DNA of 64,000 nucleotides, taken from contig CM000151.3 of NCBI GenBank assembly GCA_000004695.1, positions 4,032,001 to 4,096,000 on the forward strand, written 5' to 3'. The notes below the pieces were generated by a model, which saw only the letters and a list, made by a program, of their open reading frames with translations, was not told the DNA's origin and searched no databases. Positions 1 to 13,943 of this stretch are shown one piece after another. How positions within the stretch are numbered: position 1 is the stretch's first letter; every line of letters begins with the position of its first letter. Both the position numbers and the translations under genes were made by a program. This DNA comes from Dictyostelium discoideum (taxonomy: Eukaryota).

Positions 1-8
1 ATTTAGAG

Positions 9-1624
9 ATGATACTAGTTGAACAACTTCAAGATAAACATAAATTTAGTGAACACGTTTATAAATTACTTTATAAAACTAATAATTTATCAGGTATTAG
101 AAATATGTCATCACTTTATCATTACTCATATAAATCATTATGTATGGATGGTTTATGTTTGTTAATGTCCTATTATAAAGATTTTCAATGTATTTCACCT
201 GATCAATTGACAATTAGAGATTGCAAAGTTGAATCTTGTGATAAATCATTAATAGATACCGATCCAGATCGTGTAGTTGCTTTCCTACAACTTTATTATG
301 CAAAAAATAATAATATCAGATATCTACCAGAATTAGATAAAGAATTTATTGCAAAGGTATTTGTTAATTGTTCAATTGAAATTTTAGAGACAATTTTAAC
401 TACAAATAGTCAATTTAATGAAATATTTGGTAACCTTCATTTAGGTGAACAATATACTATACCATTTAGTAAATATAGTTGGTTTATAAAAAGATATTGT
501 CAATGTGTAAATGAACCAAACCTATCCTTCTTTAATTGTAATATAGAATTTAAATCAATTCAAGAGAAAAAAGATTTCATTGATATCTTATCAATTTATC
601 AAACTCAATCTTTAAATTTACCATTTAATTCAATTGATTGTTTAGGTTCAATTGAAACTTGTGATTATTATACCTTTAAAATACCTTGGAATATAATACC
701 TGATATTTATAAATTTGCATTCAATTATTCATTATCAATTTGTGATATTATTGAATTAAATAAATTACAATCAATAAAAACAAAATCAACAACAATAGAA
801 ACAGATTTTAAGGATTATCAAATTGAATTTAAAAGTTTTAATATTAATTCATCAACGTCATTAATTTTATCACTTTTTAAATTTATAAATTTAAATGAAA
901 GTTTTTATCAAAATCATTTATTTCAATTAATAAATAAATTTGAAGATTTAATTAAATCAGAAGAAAAAGAGAAAACTATTAAATCATTAGTAAATGTAAT
1001 TGATTTTAATAAATTTCAATTTTCAACTATAAAATTATTATTAAATAAAATTATTGAATTTGATTTATTATGGATTCAATTAATATTTGAAAGTGGTTTT
1101 AAAGTTCAAGATTATAATTTGATTAATCAAGTTGGAATTAAACCACCAAATGTTCAATTATTTAATGTATTAGATAATCAACCATTGGGTTTATATCAAT
1201 GTAAAACCTCAAATTATCAAACATTATTAGAAATTATTAAATTATTAAATTCAAATATACCAAATGAACATATTCATCGTTTTCAAGATTTTCAATATTA
1301 TCTCTACTTAAATTTATTATCTTGTAATGGTGTCACTATCAATTATTTAAAATATCAAGTTTTAAAAGTTTATCCAATTAATCAAGATTCTCAATTGTTT
1401 TATTTAAATTTAGTAATTTATTATTTGAGAATAAAATCAACAAAATTATTTAAATATATAATTGAAAATGAAAAATTAATCAATTATATTTGTAACAATG
1501 GTAATGGTTTATTTTTATTAAAATCAAGTTTCTTTTCATTTAATCAAATTTGTAATTCAAATTTTCAACAATTATTTTTTGAATTTAAAAATAATATACT
1601 TGAAAATAAAGAAAATATTAAATT

Positions 1625-1696
<72 letters not shown>

Positions 1697-2366
1697 TAAT
1701 AATAATTATAATTATTTACAAACTATTTATAATATTAATTATTTATTATCAGTTGGAGAAATTGATATAATTTTAGAAAATAAAAATGAATTCATAATTA
1801 ATAATTGTATTAATGAACATTCAATGATGGCAAGTTCAAATAATGCAAAACTTAATAGTATTAATAGTTCAATTAATTCTTTAATTTCAAAAATTAATGA
1901 AAAGCTAATGATTAATACTCCAGTTGAAAAGATTAAAGAATTTAATGAAAATATAATTGTAGATTATGATGGTAAAGATATATTTAAATCAGCATTAAAT
2001 TATGAAAGATTAGATGTAGTTCAATGGTTAATGACTGTTAATAGCTTTTGGATTGAAAAACTTTGGCATAGAATGGTGTTTGGTAATCATTTAGAAATTT
2101 CAAAATTTATTTATAAAAATTATTCAAATGAATTTACAATTGATCAACTTTCATTAAATGAAATTTTAAATTTTGGTTATCAAAATATGTTTGATTTAAT
2201 AATTAAAAGTTCAAAAAATATCTCTCCAACAATTCAAAAATTAAAAAATCAATTAGATGAAAAGGATGAAATTATTAAAAATTTAAATTTACAGTTATCT
2301 TTATTAAAAAAAAGAAAATTTGATGATTTAATTGATGATAAAAGTGGTTTTAATAATAAAAAATAA
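9..2366 (+). CDS. Hypothetical Asn-rich protein of 785 aa; the ORF has no in-frame stop upstream to position 1, so the N-terminus may lie outside the window
   Basis: Long uninterrupted ORF. The in-frame (AAT)n poly-Asn tract at 1630-1700 is typical of Dictyostelium coding sequence, and codon usage matches neighbouring genes. I recognised no confident domain. Confidence 0.5.
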
Positions 2367-2426
2367 AAAATAAAAATTTGTTTAATTAACTTTCTTTTTA
2401 TTTATTTAATTTTTTATTTAATTTTT

Positions 2427-4817
2427 TTAAAATTCTTGAATTGGTGGACCAAAATAGTTATAAATAAATGATGTTGTTGCTTTATTACCACCACTTATAA
2501 TTGTTAATGTCGAAAAGCCAAGTGGTCTTGGTGGATAATTAATTTTAACAGTATATTTAGTTAATTGGGTGAAATCACAAACGATACCATCAATTAAAGC
2601 TGTGAATGTATTTACGTTGAATGAAGAACCGAAATCACCTGATATATCCTTAGTTCCACCATTAGAATTAATTTGACCACTAACATCAAGGATTGAAATA
2701 GTTTCCCTATTAAATGTTCTAATATTTGAGAGGATACCATCTTTTTTAATGAATAATGAGAATGATGTTAAGCTTGATACAATTGGAGAAGTGAATGTAA
2801 CTGAACCTGAATTAACTTGAGTGATTGGATATTCAACATAATTTATAATAATTTTATAAGTTGATGAAGTTGGTCCGAATTCTGGTCCATAAACAGTGAT
2901 GGTATTTGATTCAACAATAAAGTAATTAATTTCAACAATTGGTGGATCAATATATTTAATTTGTGATTTTAAATAATCTACACCATTTACTTGTAAAATG
3001 AATGGATATAAGCCAACACCATTAAACACTTGAGGATAGCCAATTTCTATTGATGATCCACTAACACTAACAATATCAGCAACATCATTACCGATTAATA
3101 TATTCAATTGATTAATATCATTTGTTGGTAATCCACCTGGAATAGTTAAAACTTTTGAACCACCACTTGTATATAAATTTACAGTTGTTGAAAATTCTTT
3201 AATATAAGTAAACTGGTCAGTTGATTGACCCTCAACTTGTACACTAAAAGTAAATGAATTTAAAGTTGACGAAATATATGTACTAACATATCCATAAATA
3301 GTTTTTGGTACAACTATTGATGCTGAATTAATTAATATATTCATATTTGAAACATATGATAAACCACTTCCAAAAATATAAAGTAAATTTGATTCTAATT
3401 TAAAGCTAGAAATAACTGGTTTTTCATAACTAAAAACAAAATTGAATGGAATTGATAAGGTATTTTGGAAATAATAAGTATATGAAATATCTTTACCAGC
3501 GCCTCTTGGAATTGTAATTGTAAATTCTGTATTTGGTACAGTGAATTTTGCAAATGGTATAACCGAATTATTTTTAATACTATAACCTAAATCCTTTCCT
3601 TGAATTGTTATAATTGTTTCTTGTGAAGTTGATGCAATTTTATTATAATTTGGGTTTATCCAAAATGTAGCTAATTTAAAAAAAAAAAAAGTTTGATTAA
3701 ACCAATTAATACTTTTTTGGTTAAAAAAAAAAAAAATTATAATTTTTAATTAATATTATTACTACTACATACGACAAGTTGGTGTTGAATATTTATTAAA
3801 ATCAACAAATGAATTTGGGAAAATTTTATAAATACTTCCGCCAGCACATCTCATACATGATGGTACATTGGTTAAATAATTACCACCTAAATTAAGATTA
3901 TTTGGTTTAATTTGACAATATTCCTCTGGAATTGTTCCAATAAACTATTTATTTTCAAAAATTAGTAAATAAAAAAAATAAAAAAAAAATTGTAATTTAA
4001 TAAACTTACATTGTTCATAGAAAGGTCACTATAAATAAAAATTTTGGAAAAAAAAAAGTTAATTAACTAATTATTTTTAATATTATTATTTCTTTAAATA
4101 ATAATTATTTTTTAAAAATTAAAAACTTACATATATTGAGTTTGTTTGAAATCAATTGTATTAACTGGTAAAGTTCTTTGTGGTTGAGTATGATTATTTA
4201 TTATTATACTATTTGTGAAATTTGTAAAATCAATTAAATCAAGAGAAACTGAAGATCTATAAAGGTTAATTCTTGAACCCTTACTTACTTTAATACATGG
4301 TTTTTGAGTACAAGTTGAAAAGAAATTTGATAGATAATGGAAATATAAAAACATTGGTTTACCAGTATATGAAAAATCAAGTAATCCATTGGAAGGTGGA
4401 AGAATATAATCACCACTAATTGTAAAACTATTTAATTTTTGAATTTGTTTAATACTACTTGGAAGTTGGAATGTATGATAGGTTGAATAAAATGATATAT
4501 ATAAAGATTCCAAATTTATAAATTCATTAAAATTATTTGGAAGAGCTAAATTTGTTCCGAGGTCACCTTGAATTAAAACTTTTAATGAGACCAAACCATT
4601 CAAATGTCCTCCATATGGCAATCCACTAGTTGGTGTTATTGGAAGTTCTAAATTATATAATAATGTATTTGGAGGGAATGAACTAATAATTGAATAACCA
4701 GGTTCAGCCATTGATATTGATAATGATCCAAGACTAGATGTAAAGAATCCATTGTGAACCATTCCACCATATTGATATATAGTCCTAATAATGATAATTT
4801 AATTAATATAAAATTGA

Positions 4818-4848
<31 letters not shown>

Positions 4849-5276
4849 TAATATACTTACAATGATGTATCTTTAAATATTACATTTATTGGCACTGTTG
4901 TTGATTGCCTATTGATGTCAAGTTCATATAAACGATTAAAATTAATTAAATTTAAATAAAATTGATCAGGTACATAAAATCCAGAACCAATTTCAATAGT
5001 TGTAGCATTTTTAAAAATTGAAAAATCTTCTGTAATGAGAGTAATGGTTGAATCATATTTTGCAAATTTTATTGAATTAAAATATTGAATTGTTGGATTA
5101 TTATAATCAGATTGACATGTAAATTGTGGAGTTGAACAAGGATCAGTTGCAATTATATTGAAATATTTTAAAATCATTGATTTGGATAAATTATTTTGAT
5201 CTAAAAGCAACTCTCCCTTTATTTTGTTTAAAAAAACAAATAAAAATAATAAAACCAATAAAGCATTTATTTTCAT
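2427..5276 (-). CDS. Secreted or cell-surface protein with a signal peptide, leucine-rich-repeat region and IPT/TIG-like beta-sandwich repeats; 5 exons
   Basis: Exons reconstructed on the minus strand: 4861-5276 (starts MKINALLVLLFLFVFLNKIKG, a signal peptide), 4131-4784, a 19-nt micro-exon at 4020-4038, 3773-3944 (GTIPEEYCQIKPNNLNLGGNYLTNVPS, LRR-RLK style) and 2430-3680, with the stop at 2427-2429. All junctions use GTAAGT/GTATGT donors and AG acceptors with consistent phases. The middle exons carry LxxLxLxxN LRR periodicity. Confidence 0.6.
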
Positions 5277-5851
5277 TTTATATTTATTTTTATTTTTTTA
5301 TTTGATGATTTCAACTCAACCGATTGGTTTTTTTTTTTTATACTTTTTTTTTTTTTTTTTCAAAACAAAAATTAAAAAAAAAAAGTCAATTTTTTTCTTC
5401 ATATTTAAAGATTCCATTCACTGATTTTTGATGTATTTGAAATTGTGCAACCCACAACCGAAAATTCAAAAAAAAAAAAAAAAAAAATAAAAATAAAAAT
5501 GAAAGTTAAATCCTATAATTCGAGATAAGATTTTTTTTTTTTTTTTTTTTCTTTTAACAACTTTATTGGTAAAGGATATTTTTTAAAAAAATACATAACT
5601 TCCATGAACTTGTTTTTATAATAATAATTGTATCAACACCAAAAAGTAGTTAATTATTATTTTTTAAAAAATTTAATGATAATATGAATTTACAAGTTTA
5701 ATAATATATTCTTTATTTAATTATTTTAAAAATCAAAAATAATAATAATAATAATAATATTGGAAATATATTTTTTAAATAATTTATATTTATAAATATT
5801 ATTTTTTTATTTTTTTTTTTAAATTTATAATTATTTCCTGGTTTGATTTTA

Positions 5852-5893
<42 letters not shown>

Positions 5894-5919
5894 AAATTTT
5901 GTTTGAAGGTTGATTTTTT

Positions 5920-5954
<35 letters not shown>

Positions 5955-5995
5955 CTAATCAAATTAATTTTCAATTTTGACAGATACATATTAAA

Positions 5996-7471
5996 ATGTT
6001 TAATACAAATACATCTAACATTTCAACAAATGTATATGGTTTATCACAAAAGACAAGAGCATTATCACATATTACAGCGGAAGCAGATGTAAACCGATTT
6101 TTAGTTGGAACAACAGCATTAAGAGAAGAGAATGAAATTGCATTATTAGAAGCAAAAGAAGGTGAAGGTGTTAGATGTTTATCAATATTTCCACACCCAA
6201 AAGAAATCCATTCAATAACGTCATGTCCATTTGATTCATCATTATTCTTTTCAGTATATAATACATCAGGTGGTGGTAATAATAATAGTAATAATACAAA
6301 TAACAATGATAATACAAATAACAATACAAATAATAATGATTTTAAATCATCATTATGGAGAATTAATGAATCTATGGATTCAATTGAAGAATTATTTGAA
6401 TTAAAAGGACACACAGGTATAATTAAACCAATCCTTTGTGATCCATCAGGTTCAAATAATTTCATTATCTCATTAGATGATTCAAACATTAGATTATGGT
6501 CAAAGATTGATGATCAAAATGAACCAACAGTTATTAAACAATTTGGTAATCTTTCAAAATTATCTGTTGGTTCAATTAATCCAAATATATCAAACCAATT
6601 AGCAACTGCAAATGATGTTAATATTAAAGGTTGGGATTTTAGAAATGCAAAGTATGTAAAAAATAAAAATAAAAAAAGTACACACACACACACACACCGT
6701 CATACTCAAATTATTTTCATTAATTTAATAATTTATTTTATTTTATTTTATTTTATTTTATTTTATTTTATTTTATTTTATTTTATTTTATTTTATTTTA
6801 TTTTTTATAGAGAAACATTTAGTATGGATAAAGCACATTCAGAACAAATTAGAGATATTGATTTTAATCCAAATAAACCATATTATTTATTATCAGCAGG
6901 TGATGATTGTAAATTAAAGATTTGGGATACTAGACAAACTAGAGATCCTGTTAAAATATTCTCTGGTCATAATCATTGGATTTGGTCTGCTAAATTTAAT
7001 AGATATCATGATCAATTAATCATTACTTCAAGTAGTGATAACACTGTAAAATTATGGAACCTTTATTCTTTATCTTCTGCTTTCAATAGTGAAAATAATA
7101 TTAGTAATAGTAATGAACAACAACACTCACAACAACCAAATGAACAACAACCACAACAACCACCACAACCAGTTAAACAAAAGAAAAAGTTTGTATTTAT
7201 TTATTTTCTAAAATCTATAAAAATTATTAATATTATTATTTTATTTTATTTTATTTTATTTTATTTTATTTTATTTTATTTTATTTTATTTTATTATTAC
7301 AGTAAAAGAAATGAAGATCAATTAATTAAAACTTATGAAGAACATGAAGATAGTGTTTATAATATATCATGGAGTTCAAGTAATTTCTTATTTGCATCTT
7401 TATCTTATGATGGTAGATTTGTTGTTAATAATGTACCAAAAGAATATTCCGATATTTTATCTTATATTTGA
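5996..7471 (+). CDS. WD40-repeat protein, EIPR1/TSSC1 homolog; 3 exons
   Basis: The N-terminus NVYGLSQKTRALSHITAEADVNRFLVGT parallels human EIPR1 IYGLEFQARALT..ETDAIRFLVGT. The C-terminus EEHEDSVYNISWSS..FLFASLSYDGRFVVNNVP parallels EIPR1 EEHEDSVYAVDWS..WLFASLSYDGRLVINRVP, and TSSSDNTVKLWNL is a WD motif. Exons are 5996-6651, 6811-7188 and 7303-7471. The introns are filled with (ATTTT)n, with donors GTATGT and GTTTGT and acceptors TATAG and TTACAG. Confidence 0.7.
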   Translation: MFNTNTSNISTNVYGLSQKTRALSHITAEADVNRFLVGTTALREENEIALLEAKEGEGVRCLSIFPHPKEIHSITSCPFDSSLFFSVYNTSGGGNNNSNNTNNNDNTNNNTNNNDFKSSLWRINESMDSIEELFELKGHTGIIKPILCDPSGSNNFIISLDDSNIRLWSKIDDQNEPTVIKQFGNLSKLSVGSINPNISNQLATANDVNIKGWDFRNAKYVKNKNKKSTHTHTHRHTQIIFINLIIYFILFYFILFYFILFYFILFYFIFYRETFSMDKAHSEQIRDIDFNPNKPYYLLSAGDDCKLKIWDTRQTRDPVKIFSGHNHWIWSAKFNRYHDQLIITSSSDNTVKLWNLYSLSSAFNSENNISNSNEQQHSQQPNEQQPQQPPQPVKQKKKFVFIYFLKSIKIINIIILFYFILFYFILFYFILFYYYSKRNEDQLIKTYEEHEDSVYNISWSSSNFLFASLSYDGRFVVNNVPKEYSDILSYI

Positions 7472-7592
7472 AAATAAAAAAAATAAAAATAAAAACCAAT
7501 ATAAATATAAATATAAATTATTTATTCATTTTTCTTTTATTATTTATTTATTTAATTTAATTTTAATTTTAATTATAATTTTAATTATTTAG

Positions 7593-9016
7593 TTAACCAG
7601 TGAATTTCTTTGGTCTATTTTTATTAGTAGTGGATTGTTGTTGTTTATTTATTGATTTATTTGTGAATTTTGAAGATCTATCATTGCCATATTTTAATTC
7701 ATTTTCTTTACGTTGTTTTAATTGTGCAGCCAATTTATTGAATTGATTTGGTTCATCTTGAGATAAATGTTTTTTAGTTTTAACTTTTTTAACTCTACCA
7801 AGATCAAAATGTTTATTATGTTCATCCTTTTCATGTTTAATTTCTTTTAATAACTCATCACCTAATAATTCCTTTCTAGCTTGTTTAAAATCACTACCAA
7901 TATCTTCAATATCCCAAGACCCAACTTTAAATGGTAAATGGCCATTTTCTGGATTAATTTTTGAATTTTCTAAATTTTGTTTTGAATTATTAATTGATTT
8001 TAATTTCCTTTTATCATCAGTTGTTGATTGTTGTGGTACTCTAATTTTTTCCCAATCTAATCCTTCTTCTTGTTGTTGTTTAGTTGTTGTTGTTTTATTT
8101 TCATTTTCTTGTTTTTGTTTTTCTAATTTTTCAGCATCCTTTTTATCCTTTTTAGATTGATTATGAATATTAATAATTGTTGAAGGTGTAGTTAATTTTG
8201 GTGATAAATTAGTTGATATTAAAGATGGTGAAATTCCACCATTATCAGATTCTGATGATGGACCTGATAATGATGATTCATCAGAATCTGAATAACTATC
8301 ATCATCTTCTTCATCATCATCACTAGTTTGATTCTTTAAAGTTTGTTTATCTATTATTTCATCATTTCCAAGTGAAATTGATTTCATCTTTGGTGATGGT
8401 GATGGTGATTGTGATTGTGATAATGATGTTGATTTTATTTGTGGTGATACTTTTTTTGTTGACTCAATCTTTGGTGAAGAAGTGACTGTATTATTATTAT
8501 TAATTGGTTTTGTTGTTGTTGTTGTTGTTGTTGTAGTAGTTGTAGTAGTTATATTAGTAATTTTTTGTTTCTTTATATTTTGTTTTTCATCAGCTGTTAT
8601 TTCTGGTGTTGTTGTTATTGTTGTTGTTGTTGTTGTTGGTGTTGTTATTTTTGAAGTTAATTTTTCATCATCTAATTTTCTTTTATTACCAATAGTATTT
8701 ATTGAAACTGTATTTGTATTAATTGATTGATCAATATTTCTTTTTGAATAAAATAACATATATGCTTTTTGTGATAAAACTGTATTTAAACTAACTTGTG
8801 ATACTGATGAATCATCCATATTATACCAAATACCATTTGAACCTTTAACATAACAATAATAATGACCTGATGATGTACTACCACCTAAATGTACTAATAC
8901 TGCATATAAATCATAAATTGAATGATTCTAAAAAAATAAAAAAAATAAAAAAAAAAAGGAATTTAATCCAACAAATACATAATAAATATATATATATAAT
9001 AAAATATTATTATTAT

Positions 9017-9054
<38 letters not shown>

Positions 9055-10522
9055 TATATAAATATTTATATTATAATTATTATTTATATATACAAACATT
9101 TGATTGAGTCATAAATGGTGAAAGATTTAAACTTTGATCAAATTGAATTTGTCTATTAATTTTACCACCATAAGAACCTAAGAAACTAAAACGTTTAATT
9201 TGACAAGTTAAAATTGGAGGAGCTATATGAATTTGTAAACGTTTTTGAGCTTTAACTAATTTTTTACATTTTGAACATTTATATTTATTTGAACCATCCA
9301 ATAGTTCAGATTTAACGAAATTTGTTAAACCTTTAGTTAGAGAATCTGCTTGATTAATATCAACACATAAATCCATGAATGGATCATATGTATTTGATTC
9401 ATATTGACATTGTGAACATTTAACTTGTGATCGTAAATAACCACCGAAAATACTACCAATAACAGTGGTCATTGCATCACGATGATTTATTGAGCCTTTT
9501 GGATACTTTGATAAACTAACCTTTTGCAATGACTCAATCATGAATCTAATAAATTCATGAGAATCTTCTTGACGACCAATTCTAAATGTTGGTGCTATTT
9601 TCCTAATATTTGAAGCAATCTCCTTTGGTGTGATACTCTTACCACCACATTTATGGCTTTGTAGAACCTGAGTTTCTAAACTACAAAATATACAAAACCC
9701 ACTAGCCTGACACTGTCTTGAGTGTTCACGTGACATCATGAAATTGGCCAATGGCACAGTGTATGTCAAGCATTGTAATACTGAATTCATGAAACATGTA
9801 TTACCAACATTATTTAAACCACTACCAATACGTTGAACTGATTTCCATTCCATGAGCTTGGACAATTGGTCAACACTAAATAAAACTTTTTTAGGTTTTG
9901 CTAAAATATTATCATCATCTTCCTCTTCCTCGCCTCCCTCTTTCTCTTTCTTTTTAGCTTCACTCTTTGCTTTTGCCAAATCTGCTAATTTCTTTGATGC
10001 ACTATCATTTAATTTATTAATTGGTTTATACTTATTTTTCAATTGATCATTTGAATCATCTTGAATCTCTGCTTCTTTAAATTTAATCATTCTATGAAAT
10101 AATGGTTTTGCTTCGTTTGAAATGGCTGAATTAACTTGTTTCTTTTTAATATTAAGTTTTTCAATCTCTTCTTTATTTTTAATTTTATCTTGTTTTTTTT
10201 TTAATTTATTATCTTGTTCATTATTATTATTATCTTGTTCATTTTCATCATCATCTTTATCTTTATTTTCTATTAAATTTTGTTTTTTATATAGAATATT
10301 TTGCATAGTTTCTCCAATTGTTTGTTGAGTTGATTGTTGTTGTTGTAGTTGTTGACTCTTTATTAATTTATTTTTTTGTTTTAATTTTTCAATTGGTGAT
10401 ATTGTATCACTGTTTGTTGTTGTTGCCATTTTCTTTTTAATTGGGGTTTTATTAATTTTTTTTAAAATATTACCATTTTCCAATGTGGATGTAGTAACAT
10501 TTGAACTTGTAATGATTGGCAT
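7593..10522 (-). CDS. Ubiquitin carboxyl-terminal hydrolase (USP/UBP family deubiquitinase); 2 exons
   Basis: The Cys box [18 protein letters not shown] is in exon 1 (9098-10522). The His box [34 protein letters not shown] is in exon 2 (7593-8927). The intron runs 8928-9097 with a GTTTGT donor and TTTTTAG acceptor, and the phase is consistent. The C-terminal tail is Ser/Thr/Asn-rich and low-complexity. Confidence 0.8.
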
Positions 10523-10620
10523 TTCTATTTATTTATTTTTTTTGTTTTTTGTTTTTTTATTTTTTATTTTTTATTTTATCTTCTTTTTTTAGTAATTAAT
10601 TATTATTTTTATTAATATTA

Positions 10621-10658
<38 letters not shown>

Positions 10659-11428
10659 CTATTATTATTATTATTATTGTTATTATTATTAAATAAAAAT
10701 TATTAAATGTAAAAAAAAAAAATTAATTATAACAATAAACAAATAATAATATATAGTACGTTTTTATTTTATTTTTTATTTTTTATTTTTTATTTTATTT
10801 ATTTTTTTTTATACGTTATAAAATAGTAATAATAATAATAATAATAATAGAAAAAAATAAAAATAAAAATAAACAAATAAAAAAGTTAACAAAAAAAAAA
10901 AAAAATTAAAAGGTTTATATTTTTTTTTTTTTTTTTTTTAAGTAATGAAAACAATCAACAAACAATAAAAATTCTGTTTTAAAACTAGCATAAAAATCGA
11001 AAAAAAAAAAATAAAAAAAAAATAAATAAAAAAATAGAAAAATAAAAAAACCGAAAAAAAAGTTCGCTATAACTTTTTTTTATTGATTAATTCCCAAGAA
11101 AAATAGTGTTGTGTGGGTTTAAAATTTTGGACTTTTAAAAATATATATATATAATTAATTTAAAAAAAAAAAAAAAATAAAAATAAAAATATAATATAAA
11201 TATATATAAACAAATAATCGATAACATTAAAAATAAAACTATTATCTTATCTTCTTAATTTATTGTTATCTTAAAAAAAATAAAAAAAAATAAATAAATA
11301 AAAGTTTATTTCTTTATAAAAGAACAAAGATATTTTTTATTTTAAAAAAAAAATCTTATCTTCTTAATTTTATTTTATTTATTATTTTTATATTTATTTT
11401 TGTTTATCAAAACCAATTTTATCCTTTA

Positions 11429-11464
<36 letters not shown>

Positions 11465-11574
11465 CCGTTTAAATAATTTGTGATTAAAATTATTTCCAAA
11501 AAGGAGATATTTTCGTGGGGACGGAAGGGGGTTGTTTTGTTGAAAATCTGTTTTTTGATTACCAAAATTTTGGC

Positions 11575-11627
<53 letters not shown>

Positions 11628-11723
11628 TTTCAAAAATTTTACAAAATTATCATTTTTCATATTCTTGTTCGTATATTACACATTATATATATATATATAT
11701 ATATATACCAACTAGTTATAAAG

Positions 11724-12426
11724 ATGAACAATACAACCACATCATCATCATCAACAACTGCAACATCTTCAACATCATTAGCACCAAATAATACATTAAA
11801 TAATGAAAATCCTATAGTATTTATGGATGTTGCAATTGTAAATCAACAAAACCCAGTACATTTAGGTAGAATAAAAATAGAATTATTTGCAGATATCGTA
11901 CCAAAAACAGCAGAGAATTTTAGACAATTTTGTACTGGTGAACATAGAGTTGCAGGTTTACCAATTGGGTATAAAGATTGTACATTTCATAAAATTTCTA
12001 AAGATTTCATGATTCAAGGTGGTGATTTCGTAAAAGTAAATACTATTATTATTATTATTATAATAAATAAATTAACTATTTATTAATATATTTTTATTAT
12101 TATTATTATTTTATTATTATTATTATTTATAGAGAGATGGGTCAGGTAGAACATCAATTTATGGTGAAAGATTTGCAGATGAAAATTTTAAAATTAAACA
12201 TTCAGGACCAGGTTTATTATCAATGGTAAATAGTGGACCAAATTCAAATGGTTGTCAATTTTTCATAACGTGTGTTGCTGCTGAATGGTTAGATGGTAAA
12301 AATGTAGTTTTTGGTAAAGTTATCGATGGTTTAAAAGTTGTTAGAACAATTGAAGATATACCTGTTAATCCACCACCAAATAGACCAAAATATGATGTAG
12401 TTATAACTGAATGTGGTCAATTATAA
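11724..12426 (+). CDS. Cyclophilin-type peptidyl-prolyl cis-trans isomerase with a Ser/Thr-rich N-terminal extension; 2 exons
   Basis: Exon 1 runs 11724 to about 12029 (or 12035) and ends FMIQGGDF. Exon 2 runs 12133-12426 and reads [48 protein letters not shown], all canonical cyclophilin motifs. The intron has a GTAAAA or GTAAAT donor and TTTATAG acceptor. The exact donor is ambiguous by 6 nt. Confidence 0.8.
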
Positions 12427-12789
12427 AAAAATAAAAAATTAAAAATTTTGTACAAAATAAAATAAAAAAGTTTTTTTTTTTTTTTTTTTATTTTAAAAAA
12501 AAGAAATCGAATCGATAAATCTATATATATTAATTTTTTTTATTAATTTTAATTAATGTAATTTGTCTTTTTTGACAGTACTATTACTATACCAACCAAG
12601 GAAGATATGATGAAGAATTGACATATATTTAATGATGAACTTTCTTCTTTTACCTTTACCAAAGAATTTCATATGAATTTGTTTTTCGGCAAATTCTAAA
12701 TGTTCTAAAATAACTGAATGATGTTTATTAACAGCAACAGTGGTAGTGGTTGTGGTGGTGGTAGTAGTGGTGGTGGTGGTGGTAGTGGT

Positions 12790-13943
12790 TCATGGTACAA
12801 CAACAACATTTGCACCATTAACTAGATTTTGATTTTGATTTTGAATTTGGTGTGGTTGCTGATGATGATTATGATGATGATTATGTTCATTATCTTTTTT
12901 TAATAAATTTGAAGGTAATAAACTCTCCAAAATACAAAAATAATGGAATAAAGTACCAGCGGATACGAAAAGATGCCAAACGGCATGATTGAAAGGAGCA
13001 GTTTCCCAAATTAAGAAACCAACACCACCAGTATATGTAATACCACCTGATACTAAAAGTTTTAACCCTTTTTGTGGTAAATTTTTAATTAAATCCTTTA
13101 ACCCAATCACTGATACCCATCCCATTAATAAATAAAAGCTATTCGATATGATATCTGGTACTCCGTTTGCACCCAATACTAATTTACTACCAACTCCAAG
13201 TACACACATTGCCCAAATTAAAACAAACATTGCCCATCCAATTTTAACTGCTTTTGCTATTGGTGTTTTTATTTTTTGTTGTTGTTGTTGTTGTCCCCCG
13301 TTAATCATTGGTTGATTGGAAGAACTACTACTATTGTTGTTGTTATGATTTAAATTATTATAAACTAAATTGATTAGGGTCAATGGTGTGTAGGTACCTG
13401 CTATTAACATATAAATTGCACAATGATCTAAATCCTTAAAGAAATTTCTATACTTTTGAAGATGAATTATATCAACAGAATGATATAAAGTCGAGCAAAA
13501 GTACATTGTCATCTAAATTTAATTAAATAATGAAAAAAAAAAAAAAAATCAAATATTAATAATTAAATTACACACCCCCCACTGACACACATAAAATAAA
13601 ATAAAAAAATAAATAAAAATAAAAATCTATCTAATTATCTTATTTATTTTTTTTTTTTTTTTTGTTCTGTTGTGTTTTTTTATTTTTTATTTTTTTTTAT
13701 TTTTTATTTTTTTTTACTTACAAGTGTGATACCATAAATTGTACAAGATACTACATGCCATTTTGAACCCTTCATTCTAGCTAATGATAATAAAAAAAAG
13801 ACAGCTGGTATACAAAGAAGTAAACCAATACCATGTGAAAGAGAATTTAAAACTTCTTCACTGTATGTTTGAACCTCTGGACCATCATTCAAAAACAATG
13901 CTGCTTCATTATTTTCTACTAGTATATCTGTTGAATTAATCAT
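12790..13943 (-). CDS. PAQR / hemolysin-III family 7TM protein (adiponectin-receptor-like); 2 exons
   Basis: Exon 1 (13722-13943) reads MINSTDIL..HGIGLLLCIPAVFFL..YGITL. Exon 2 (12790-13512) reads STLYHS..DHCAIYMLIAGTYTP..FNHAVWHLFVSAGTLFHY, covering the PAQR His motifs. The intron has a GTAAGT donor and AATTTAG acceptor. Confidence 0.7.

Noticed and set aside
5224-5922. Short poly-Phe and poly-Lys ORFs in homopolymer-rich intergenic DNA; many similar ones occur throughout, for example 8870-9061, 14888-15162, 16872-17090, 38048-38336 and 57193-57516
   Set aside because: They are translations of poly-T and poly-A runs typical of Dictyostelium intergenic and promoter regions, with no sequence complexity to support coding.
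8482-8730. 82-aa poly-Val ORF on the plus strand inside the USP gene
   Set aside because: It is an opposite-strand reading of the poly-Thr (ACA/ACT)n region of the minus-strand deubiquitinase CDS.
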